Positions 20,068 through 29,186 of a DNA stretch of 64,000 nucleotides are shown here, piece after piece. Made by a program: the position numbers and the translations under genes. The notes beneath the pieces were generated by a model. That model made no database searches and was not told the origin of the DNA. It saw only the letters and a list, made by a program, of their open reading frames with translations. The stretch lies in contig JBDSHN010000056.1 of NCBI GenBank assembly GCA_039918435.1, positions 7,756-71,755 of the forward strand. The letters run 5' to 3'. This DNA is from Bacteroidia bacterium. Lineage in GTDB: Bacteria > Bacteroidota > Bacteroidia > Palsa-965. The stretch's first letter is position 1. Each line of letters starts with the position of its first letter.

Positions 20068-20382
20068 ATGCGCATGCTATATCTCCTTTTTGCAATTTAC
20101 ATCTTCGGGCTGTCTCTGACAACCTGCACAGATGGCGTTGACAACAATGGCTGCGGAAAGGTCAATGCGCAGATTCAGACTTCGAATAATGAAAGTCAGC
20201 ATCACCAGGATGAAAATTGTTCTCCTTTTTGTGTCTGTAGCTGTTGCAGCGGAGCCATCATCACTAAAGTAGGCTTCACTCTTGTCGTATCTCCGCTTGC
20301 GACCGAACGTCTCTTGTTCGCCACTCCCCAATTTAATTCTGCCGATTACTCTTCCATTTGGCAGCCGCCTAAAATAGCTTAG
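20068..20382 (+). CDS. Cys/His-rich DUF6660-like protein
   Basis: TCTD...HHQDENCSPFCVCSCC; directly upstream of the CusA/CzcA gene. Confidence 0.7.
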   Translation: MRMLYLLFAIYIFGLSLTTCTDGVDNNGCGKVNAQIQTSNNESQHHQDENCSPFCVCSCCSGAIITKVGFTLVVSPLATERLLFATPQFNSADYSSIWQPPKIA

Positions 20383-20466
20383 TAAGCAATTGCAGAATCT
20401 TTCTGCCCTCCGGTTTGGCCTCGCCTTACCGGATATTCCTCTATTCAACGCTTACCAACCTGTTTT

Positions 20467-23400
20467 ATGATTAATCGAATCATCCTGTTTTCTATACAGA
20501 ACAAAATTGCTGTGGGGTTATTTACATTCGTTCTCATCCTATATGGAACCTATTCTCTGACACAGCTTCCTATAGATGCTGTTCCCGACATTACAAATAA
20601 CCAGGTACAGGTTTCAACTGTTGCGCCAACACTTGCGGCACAGGAAGTGGAGCGTTTTATCACGGCACCGGTTGAAGTTTCCGTTTCAGCAATCCCGGAT
20701 GTAATTGAATTGCGCTCCATTTCAAGATTCGGTTTGAGCGTTATAACTATTGTTTTCAAAGACAACGTGGATATTTATAAGGCGCGGCAAATGGTAACGG
20801 AACGTCTTAAAGAAGCAGAATCGCAAATTCCGGAAGGAATGGGAAAACCAGAACTTGCACCTGTTACAACCGGACTTGGTGAAATTTATCAATACACAAT
20901 TCACGCTAAACCCGGATACGAAGGGAAATATTCCGCAACAGAATTGCGCACTATTCAGGATTGGATTGTCCGGCGGCAATTACTTGGTACACCCGGTGTA
21001 GCAGAAGTAAGCAGCTTCGGTGGTTTTGTGAAGCAATATGAAGTTGCGGTAAACCCGGATAAATTGCGCAGCCTCAATATTACCATCCCTGAAATTTTTG
21101 ACGCGCTTAAAAACAATAATGAAAATACAGGAGGCGCATATATTGATAAACAGCCAAACGTATATTTTATTCGTGGAGTGGGTCTTGTTAATTCTTTGGA
21201 TGATGTGCGGCAGATTCCCGTTAAAACACTTTCAAACGGAACCCCTGTTTTGATCCGTGACATTGCAACTGTTCAATTCGGTAGTGCATTACGTTATGGA
21301 GCAATGACCTATAATGATAATGGCGAAGTGGTTGGCGCCATTGTAATGATGCTCAAAGGTGCTAATAGTGCAGAAGTAATCGGAGATGTAAAAAAACGTG
21401 TTGCAATTATCCGGAAATCTCTTCCCGAAGGTGTTGTGATCGACGCCTTTATTGATCGGACAAAATTGGTAGACAATGCGATTGGAACGGTTGAAAAAAA
21501 TCTTATCGAAGGTGCATTGATCGTAATTTTTGTTCTCGTTCTTTTCCTGGGAAATCTTCGTGCTGGTTTTATAACGGCTTCAATAATTCCACTGGCAATG
21601 CTTTTTGCTGTAATTATGATGAATCTTTTTGGAGTCAGCGGAAATTTAATGAGTCTTGGCGCAATTGATTTTGGTTTGATTGTAGATGGAGCTGTAATTA
21701 TTGTTGAAGCTGCTTTACATCGGATTATGCAAAATAATCAAATCGACAAACTGACCCAACATCAGATGGATGACGAAGTTTATCAAAGCGCATCACGCAT
21801 GATGAACTCGTCCACTTTCGGACAGATTATCATTCTCATCGTTTACATTCCTATTCTTTCATTAATAGGCATAGAAGGCAAGATGTTTCGTCCAATGGCG
21901 ATGACGGTTTCGTTTGCAATCATTGGCGCATTGATACTTTCGTTGACTTATGTTCCCATGATGAGTGCTTTGTTGCTTCCGAAAAAAAACACGCATAAGA
22001 AAAATATCAGCGATCGGATGATGGATTTTTTCCAGCGTGGATACAAACCCATTATTGAATTCGCAATCCGGCGTAAAGTTGCAGTAATAGCGATTGCGCT
22101 TATTTTACTTGCAGGAAGTATTGGATTATTTACAACAATGGGCGGAGAATTTATTCCAACACTTGAAGAAGGAGACTTTGCAGTAGAAACACGTTTGCCG
22201 CAAGGAAGTTCTCTTTCACAAACAGTTGATGTGATGAACCATTCGGCTAAAATTATTAAAGCACAATTTCCCGAAGTAATTGAAGTTGTTGGAAAAATCG
22301 GTTCGTCAGAAGTTCCAACTGATCCAATGCCGATTGAAAGCGGTGACATGATGATTATTCTTAAAGACAAAGATCAATGGACATCAGCAACTAACCGGGA
22401 AGAACTTGCAAATAAAATGGCAGAGGCTTTGTCTGCAATTCCAGGTGTTAGTTTTGATTTTCAGCAGCCCATCGCCATGCGTTTTAATGAGTTGATGACA
22501 GGTGTAAGGCAGGATGTTGCAATTAAAATTTTCGGCGAGAATCTCGATACACTTTCTTATTATGCCGAAAAAGTTGCCGCCGTTACACGAACAGTAGAGG
22601 GTACAACACCTCCATACGTTGAAACAGTAACAGGATTGCCTCAAATTACTGTACGTTACAATCGCAGTCGTATGGCACAATACGGATTAAATATCAGTGA
22701 CATTAATCGTATTATAAAAACCGCATTTGCCGGTGAAGCATCGGGAGTTGTTTTTGAAGATGAAAAACGGTTTGATCTCGTCGTCAGGCTTCAGGCAGAC
22801 CAACGAAAAGATATTGAAAATGTCCGGAATCTTTTTGTACCACTACCGTCGGGAGGACAAATCCCTCTTCAACAGGTTGCAGTTGTTGATTACGAAGTTG
22901 GACCAACTCAAATTTCCCGTGAAGATGCGAAAAGGAGAATTGTGGTTGGTTTAAATGTAAATGGGCGCGATGTTAAATCGGTAGTTGAAGAAATTCAGGT
23001 AAAGTTGGATAAGAAAATAAAGTTGCCACCCGGTTACTATTATACGTATGGCGGCACTTTTGAAAATCTTGTTGCAGCATCTGAACGACTTTCAATTGCT
23101 GTGCCGGTTGCATTGCTGCTCATTTTCGTCTTGCTATATTTTACTTTCGGGTCTGCAAAACAGGCTGCATTGATTTATTCCGCTATTCCAATGAGTGCGA
23201 TAGGAGGAATTGCAGCATTATGGTTACGTGGAATGCCATTTTCGATTTCGGCAGGTGTTGGTTTTATTGCTTTGTTCGGCGTCGCGGTATTGAATGGAAT
23301 TGTTCTTATCAGCACCTTCAGTCAATTGGAGGCAGAAGGTGTTGAGGATATAAAAGAACGCGTTATACGAGGAACACGCATTCGTTTGAGGCCTGTATTA

Positions 23401-24810
23401 ATGACTGCATCGGTTGCTTCACTTGGTTTTCTTCCAATGGCGATTTCTTCAAGCTCAGGTGCAGAAGTTCAACGACCTCTTGCGACAGTTGTTATCGGTG
23501 GATTAATTACAGCAACCGCACTCACTTTAATTGTCCTTCCTGCCCTTTACATACTATTCACCCAAAGAAGAAAAATGAAACCTGGTAAAACTATTACTTC
23601 CGCTATTGTTCTGTTTTTATTTCTGACAATCAGCACAACTGCCAATGCACAAACTGCGGACACATTGAAACCTGTTAGGATGAGTTTAGACAGCGTAGTA
23701 AGTATTGCTTTGCGAAACAATCCTGCCATCCAGTCTTCTCAATTACAAATAGAACAACAACAAAAGTTAAAAAAATCTGCATGGGACTTTGGTAAAACAG
23801 GATTGTTCTATGAAAACGAAGACCTGATAAAAGGAAGTTCTTCCGATGGAATTTTAAAGATTGGCATTTCACAAACGCTTGATTTCCCCACAGTCTATAC
23901 TTCGCAACATAAAGTTGCGGAACAAAATGTCTTGCTTTCTGAAACTTCGCTTAGCGTCAATCAAAAAAATATGGTGCGGGAAATCAGAAGCGCATATTAT
24001 AATTTATGGTTCGCTGTAGAGAAACAAAAACTGTTAAGACAACAAGACAGCATTTATGCCGATTTTGAAAAAGCGGCAACCTTACGTTTTTCTACAGGAG
24101 AAAGCAGTTACCTCGAAAAGCTTTCAGCACAGGCGAAGCATAAAGAGATTCAAATTGCACAGGAAGCCGCAGATACTGATGTTGCTATTGCACAGGAGGA
24201 ACTGAAAAAGCTGCTTAATATGCAACAACCGATTTTACCTGTTGCAGAACCGATGCAGAAACTTAAATTATCAATCGGAAATGTACTTCCGTCTTCTCAT
24301 CCTGTTCTGAGTTTTTACCAGCAGAAAGTTACGCTTGCTGATTACCAACGAAAGGTGGAAATAAACAGAATGCTTCCTGGATTTTCATTCCGGTATTTCA
24401 ATCAGAATATATTCGGGATCTCGCCGGGATATTATGGTTATTCTTTCGGTGTGAGCATCCCTTTATTTTTCTGGACTCAGCAAGGAAGAATACAAGGCGC
24501 AAAGATTCAGCAACAAATTGCGCAGAAAGACTTTGAAGCAACTTCTTTGCAATTGAATACCGGTTATAATCAGGCTGTGCTTGAAGTAAGGAAAAATCAA
24601 CGATCACTCCAATACTATGAGAACACGGGATTAAACCAGGCAGATGAAATTCTTAAAGCCGCTACAACAGCTTTCAAAAACGGTGAAATTGGTTACGTTG
24701 AATACACAGCTTTACTTTCACAGAGCATTGAAATCAAAAACAGCTATATCAATTCTCTGAACAATTACAATCAGTCGGTAATCAGGCTTAATTATTTTCT
24801 TAATCAGTAA
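20467..24810 (+). CDS. czcA: CusA/CzcA-family heavy-metal RND transporter fused to a TolC-like outer membrane domain
   Basis: PIDAVPDITNNQV, GAIDFGLIVDGAV, RLRPVLMTA, QRPLATVVIGG; extra ~400-aa C-terminal OEP-like region; substrate metal not determined. Confidence 0.85.
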   Translation: MINRIILFSIQNKIAVGLFTFVLILYGTYSLTQLPIDAVPDITNNQVQVSTVAPTLAAQEVERFITAPVEVSVSAIPDVIELRSISRFGLSVITIVFKDNVDIYKARQMVTERLKEAESQIPEGMGKPELAPVTTGLGEIYQYTIHAKPGYEGKYSATELRTIQDWIVRRQLLGTPGVAEVSSFGGFVKQYEVAVNPDKLRSLNITIPEIFDALKNNNENTGGAYIDKQPNVYFIRGVGLVNSLDDVRQIPVKTLSNGTPVLIRDIATVQFGSALRYGAMTYNDNGEVVGAIVMMLKGANSAEVIGDVKKRVAIIRKSLPEGVVIDAFIDRTKLVDNAIGTVEKNLIEGALIVIFVLVLFLGNLRAGFITASIIPLAMLFAVIMMNLFGVSGNLMSLGAIDFGLIVDGAVIIVEAALHRIMQNNQIDKLTQHQMDDEVYQSASRMMNSSTFGQIIILIVYIPILSLIGIEGKMFRPMAMTVSFAIIGALILSLTYVPMMSALLLPKKNTHKKNISDRMMDFFQRGYKPIIEFAIRRKVAVIAIALILLAGSIGLFTTMGGEFIPTLEEGDFAVETRLPQGSSLSQTVDVMNHSAKIIKAQFPEVIEVVGKIGSSEVPTDPMPIESGDMMIILKDKDQWTSATNREELANKMAEALSAIPGVSFDFQQPIAMRFNELMTGVRQDVAIKIFGENLDTLSYYAEKVAAVTRTVEGTTPPYVETVTGLPQITVRYNRSRMAQYGLNISDINRIIKTAFAGEASGVVFEDEKRFDLVVRLQADQRKDIENVRNLFVPLPSGGQIPLQQVAVVDYEVGPTQISREDAKRRIVVGLNVNGRDVKSVVEEIQVKLDKKIKLPPGYYYTYGGTFENLVAASERLSIAVPVALLLIFVLLYFTFGSAKQAALIYSAIPMSAIGGIAALWLRGMPFSISAGVGFIALFGVAVLNGIVLISTFSQLEAEGVEDIKERVIRGTRIRLRPVLMTASVASLGFLPMAISSSSGAEVQRPLATVVIGGLITATALTLIVLPALYILFTQRRKMKPGKTITSAIVLFLFLTISTTANAQTADTLKPVRMSLDSVVSIALRNNPAIQSSQLQIEQQQKLKKSAWDFGKTGLFYENEDLIKGSSSDGILKIGISQTLDFPTVYTSQHKVAEQNVLLSETSLSVNQKNMVREIRSAYYNLWFAVEKQKLLRQQDSIYADFEKAATLRFSTGESSYLEKLSAQAKHKEIQIAQEAADTDVAIAQEELKKLLNMQQPILPVAEPMQKLKLSIGNVLPSSHPVLSFYQQKVTLADYQRKVEINRMLPGFSFRYFNQNIFGISPGYYGYSFGVSIPLFFWTQQGRIQGAKIQQQIAQKDFEATSLQLNTGYNQAVLEVRKNQRSLQYYENTGLNQADEILKAATTAFKNGEIGYVEYTALLSQSIEIKNSYINSLNNYNQSVIRLNYFLNQ

Positions 24811-24822
24811 TAAATAACAGAA

Positions 24823-26019
24823 ATGAAAAATTCATTCACACTATATTTTAGAAAATATTTTCTCCCTGTAATTTTGGTCGCCTTAATAATAACATCATGT
24901 GGTAAATCCGCTGAATCGGAAAAACCAGGTGAAGAACAAGCTGATGCAGGAGGAAATCAATCCACTGTTCAGCTCACACGCAAGCAGTATGATGAAATAA
25001 AAATTCAATTGGGAAGCATCACACAAAAGAACCTGACCAACGTCCTCAAAACAACCGGATTTTTAAAAGTACCTCCACAAAACAAAGCCAGCATCACTTC
25101 TGCATTGGGAGGAACTGTGCAATCCATTTTGGTGCAGGAAGGTGATTTTGTGCAAAAAGGACAAACTGTAGCCACAGTAACAAATCCTGAATTTGTAAGG
25201 ATGCAGCAGGAATTTCTTGAAACACAAGCGCAAATGACTTTTGCTGAGCAGGAGTATAACCGGCAAAAAGAATTATCAGCGCAGAATGTGTCGGCACAAA
25301 AAATATTTCAACAGGCACAATCCAATTTCAATTCGTTACAGGCAAAATTTAATTCCTTAAAACAACAATTAGCATTACTGAATATTAATACTTCACAACT
25401 CTTGTTTAGTAATATCTCCTCCTCCATAAATATAAAGAGCCCAATCAGCGGAAGCATTTCACATATTGAAATCAACATAGGCTCCAATATACAACCTAGC
25501 AATTCTTTGATGGATGTTGTAGACAATTCCCAGCTTCACCTCGATCTGTTTGTTTTTGAACAGGATTTAACGACCATTAAAGTCGGGCAAACAGTTGATT
25601 TTACATTGACGAATCTTGCGGGCAAAAGTTATACGGCCAAAATATTTTCTGTAGGAAATGCTTTTGAAAATGATACCAAAACAATTTCTGTTCACGCAAC
25701 AATTACAGGTGATAAGACAGGGCTGATTGAAGGAATGAACGTAACAGGGTTGGTTGACATTGGCGATAATTTATCCCCTGCAATTCCGTCTACGGCGCTC
25801 ATGAGTTCCGGTGGCAGCGATTTTATTTTTGTATTGGCAGATGGAACCGATACGACAAAAGAAATTCATTTTGAAAAAGTGCAGGTTAAAAAGGGGATTT
25901 CCGAAGGTGGGTTTACGGCGATTACACCTTTAAGGGAATTGTCAGCCGATATAAAAGTGGTTATATCAGGCTCTTATTACCTCATGGCAATTCTTACCAA
26001 TTCAGGGGAAGAAGAATAA
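24823..26019 (+). CDS. RND efflux periplasmic adaptor (CzcB/CusB-like), lipoprotein
   Basis: Lipobox IITSCG; biotinyl-lipoyl-like VQEGDFVQKGQ; IKSPISG. Confidence 0.85.
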   Translation: MKNSFTLYFRKYFLPVILVALIITSCGKSAESEKPGEEQADAGGNQSTVQLTRKQYDEIKIQLGSITQKNLTNVLKTTGFLKVPPQNKASITSALGGTVQSILVQEGDFVQKGQTVATVTNPEFVRMQQEFLETQAQMTFAEQEYNRQKELSAQNVSAQKIFQQAQSNFNSLQAKFNSLKQQLALLNINTSQLLFSNISSSINIKSPISGSISHIEINIGSNIQPSNSLMDVVDNSQLHLDLFVFEQDLTTIKVGQTVDFTLTNLAGKSYTAKIFSVGNAFENDTKTISVHATITGDKTGLIEGMNVTGLVDIGDNLSPAIPSTALMSSGGSDFIFVLADGTDTTKEIHFEKVQVKKGISEGGFTAITPLRELSADIKVVISGSYYLMAILTNSGEEE

Positions 26020-26076
26020 AAATGCAAACGGTTTTATATAGGGAGATTTGTGCCTTTTTATCCTGAAAAATATTCT

Positions 26077-26487
26077 CTATGGAGAGTTAAAGGAAGATAG
26101 CATTGTGAAAATTGTAGCGCTCCGTTTAATAAAAACGATACGTGTTGTATAAACGTTTTTATTTTCGTCCGTAACTTCTACGAAATAATTTCCTGGCGCT
26201 TGCCGCGCAAGTAAAATTATTCGTTCTCCATTCGCTGCGAAAACATCAACAGTTCGCCCCATAACATCCGTAAGCTTTACTGTTGCCTGGTTGCCTTCCA
26301 GCGAAGTAAGGTCAACTGTTACATTACCATTTGCAGGATTCGGATAAGTACGAATTGTTTTGTTGTTTTCATTTTCAGCAACACCTTTCGGTACAATAAT
26401 TCCACGTTTATAAATTACGTTTACTTGTATATCTGAATGATGTTGAAATTTGGACGATCCACAATAAAACACAGGTTGCGCACTCAA
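26077..26487 (-). pseudogene. Truncated T9SS cargo gene (C-terminal sorting domain only)
   Basis: RTYPNPANGNVTVDL...PGNYFVEV; no ATG or signal peptide in the upstream open frame. Confidence 0.6.
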
Positions 26488-26561
26488 ACTCGCTTCGTGA
26501 GAGCCCGCAAATACTTTTGAATACCCGATCCTTTTTCTCCATTTCTTTATATCGTATCTTC

Positions 26562-26958
26562 ATGTGGAAAAACTACGCAGGCAATTACCCGGATTTCCCA
26601 ACAAATCCGTCAAATTATGAACCGCACACTCTTAAAATCTTATTCGGCATAGACTTTAATGATGGGAACATTTATTTTAATTGATACTTTAACTTCTGTA
26701 ACTGAGAATATCGGACAAGCACAGGCTTTATATCCGAATCCGGCCTCGGATGAAATCCTGCTGAATACTTTTTCTTGTTGCACCGCTTCTGTAATAACCG
26801 TTTATAATTCGACAGGCCAGGTTGTTTATACATCTCTTGTTTCCGGATCGTTAATAAAACTGCAAACCGCAAATTGGAGCAATGGTTTGTACACAACAAC
26901 AATCACATCAGTGGAAAAAATGGTAAGCAGCCGATTTGTAGTGAATCATTTGCAATAA
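26562..26958 (+). pseudogene. Frameshifted, truncated T9SS cargo gene
   Basis: Frame A MWKNYAGNYPDFPTNP...FGIDFNDG (26562-26684) joins frame B TFILIDT...LYPNPASDEI...GLYTTTI if one G is removed from GGG near 26664. Confidence 0.55.
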
Positions 26959-27076
26959 GCAGGATACATTGGAGAACAGGCTTTTTTAGGGTTCGTGAAA
27001 GAAATTGTCAAAATAGTCCGGCAAACAATTAAGATCACTCTTTACAAATAGAGATTGTTACAATAATCAATTCACT

Positions 27077-27646
27077 ATGACAACGCTTCACATTAAAAAT
27101 ATGGTTTGTGATCGCTGCATCAGCGTTGTAACCAATGAGCTGAAATCTCTTGGGCTTAATCCTGATCGCGTTACGCTTGGTGAAGTTGATCTTAATCAGC
27201 CACTTTCACCGGAACAAAAAGAAACAGTAAAAGAAACACTGCAAAAAAACGGCTTTGAATTGCTCGACGACCGGAAATCTATAACTGTAGAACAAATAAA
27301 AACATTGTTGATTAACCTGGTGCATTATAATCACAATGAAAAGCCCGACTCCATGCGTTATTCGGAGTATCTCGAAAAGCAGGTTGGAATGGATTACAGC
27401 AACCTGAGTAAAATTTTTTCAGAAGCAGAAGGAATAACAATTGAACATTATCTCATCAGTCAGAAAGTAGAACGAATAAAAGAATTGCTGATGTATGATC
27501 AATTGTCAGTAAATGAAATTTCAATGCAAATGGGGTATAGCAGTGCAGCTCATTTGTCTTCGCAATTCAAAAAACTTACAGGAACAACACCTGGAAAATT
27601 CAGAAATCTTCACCATCAGAATCGTAAGCCTTTAGATAAAATTTAA
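27077..27646 (+). CDS. AraC-family regulator with N-terminal HMA-like CxxC domain
   Basis: IKNMVCDRC; C-terminal HTH ISMQMGYSSAAHLSSQFKKLTG. Confidence 0.85.
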   Translation: MTTLHIKNMVCDRCISVVTNELKSLGLNPDRVTLGEVDLNQPLSPEQKETVKETLQKNGFELLDDRKSITVEQIKTLLINLVHYNHNEKPDSMRYSEYLEKQVGMDYSNLSKIFSEAEGITIEHYLISQKVERIKELLMYDQLSVNEISMQMGYSSAAHLSSQFKKLTGTTPGKFRNLHHQNRKPLDKI

Positions 27647-27708
27647 GATTGCCATAATGATATAAGTCTTATCGGTAATTATGTAATGCCATCCTTTTGC
27701 TGCGGCCG

Positions 27709-27716
27709 TACTTTTG
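27709..27716 (+). promoter_or_regulatory. Bacteroidota -7 element
   Basis: TACTTTTG 24 nt upstream of the 27741 ATG. Confidence 0.5.
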
Positions 27717-27740
27717 TTTCATCAATATTAACACTAAAAT

Positions 27741-28469
27741 ATGATGACACACGAGTATAATCTTTCCGGCCTGACATGTAGCAGCTGTGTAACCAAAGTA
27801 AAAAGTGAACTGCTTAAACTTCCCGATGTCCTGGAAGCTGACGTCACACAGGACAAAGTAATTATTTCAATGGAAAAGCATATTTCATTAACTGCTTTGC
27901 AAAATGCAATCGGTACAAACGGTAAGTATAAAATTACCGAGAATACGGACGAAGCGAGCCACAGCACAATGGTAAATGATGCTTCATGGCGGAAAACGTA
28001 TAAGCCTCTTTTAATAATCGGCGCATTTATTACTGTCATTTCTCACACTGCAAGCCGTACCGCTGGTGGCGTTGACTTTATGCTTTGGATGAATTATTTT
28101 ATGGCTGGATTTTTTCTTGTCTTTTCATTTTTCAAGCTGCTCGATCTCAAAGGTTTTGCAGACAGTTACGCGATGTATGACGTAGTAGCAAAAAAAGCAA
28201 AGGGTTATGGTTACATCTATCCCTTTATTGAGCTGACGTTGGGGATATTATTCCTCACTGGTTTTCAACCCGTAGTAACAAATATCGCTACGATTATGGT
28301 AATGGGAGTGAGCAGTATCGGAGTAATTCAAAGCGTACTCAGTAAGAAAAAAATAAAGTGCGCATGCCTTGGGGCTGTTTTTAATCTTCCGATGACCACT
28401 ATTACCATTATCGAAGATTTGCTAATGATTGCAATGGCTTCGATTTCAGTAATACTATTAATGCATTAG
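27741..28469 (+). CDS. HMA domain plus MauE/DoxX-like membrane protein
   Basis: GLTCSSC; FFKLLDLKGFADSYAMYD; CACLG. Confidence 0.8.
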   Translation: MMTHEYNLSGLTCSSCVTKVKSELLKLPDVLEADVTQDKVIISMEKHISLTALQNAIGTNGKYKITENTDEASHSTMVNDASWRKTYKPLLIIGAFITVISHTASRTAGGVDFMLWMNYFMAGFFLVFSFFKLLDLKGFADSYAMYDVVAKKAKGYGYIYPFIELTLGILFLTGFQPVVTNIATIMVMGVSSIGVIQSVLSKKKIKCACLGAVFNLPMTTITIIEDLLMIAMASISVILLMH

Positions 28470-28523
28470 AAACAGAAAAAAATTTGTGATGTCAACGAAC
28501 CAACATTTTTAAAACAAAACAAC

Positions 28524-29126
28524 ATGAAAAATACAATCATTCTGGGAATTCTTGGCATTGCATTAACAGCGTGTGGCGCGACAATGGACAACAAATTGAA
28601 CGTTGCAAAAGCAGATTCGTCCAAAGCGCTTCAGCACGATGTCCTGACAGCAGCTGTCGATACACCGGCAACTATTTTGGCACCTACTGCAGGGATTAAT
28701 CCGCTGGGTTCCGTGTACGATGCCTATTTCGAATTGAAAAATGCACTCGCAAAAGACAATGGAAAATCAGCTCAGATTGCAGGGGAAAATTTGCTGGATA
28801 ATATCGCAAGTATCGAGTCTTCTGCATTAACGGCTGAACAGAATGAAGTATGGACGAAATATAAAAGCAAATTAAGTTTTGATGCAGAGCACATCAGCAG
28901 CGTGGATAAAAACGAACATCAGCGCGAACATTTCGTAACACTTTCAAAAAATATGCACGAAGTCATGAAAACCATTAAGTACGATAAGCCGGTTTATTAT
29001 CAAAACTGTCCGATGTACAATAATGGAAAAGGAGCAAACTGGCTGAGTCTTGAAAATAAAATCAGCAACCCATATCTCGGAAAATCAATGCCGACCTGTG
29101 GCAGCACAATTGAAACTGTAAAATAG
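28524..29126 (+). CDS. DUF3347-domain lipoprotein
   Basis: Lipobox LTACG; YFELKNAL; YQNCPM...GANWLS..ISNPYLGKSMPTCG. Confidence 0.8.
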   Translation: MKNTIILGILGIALTACGATMDNKLNVAKADSSKALQHDVLTAAVDTPATILAPTAGINPLGSVYDAYFELKNALAKDNGKSAQIAGENLLDNIASIESSALTAEQNEVWTKYKSKLSFDAEHISSVDKNEHQREHFVTLSKNMHEVMKTIKYDKPVYYQNCPMYNNGKGANWLSLENKISNPYLGKSMPTCGSTIETVK

Positions 29127-29186
29127 GTTTAATGATGATCCATGATTTTGAATTATTGATGCAGTTGAGTTAAATAAATAGCTGAA

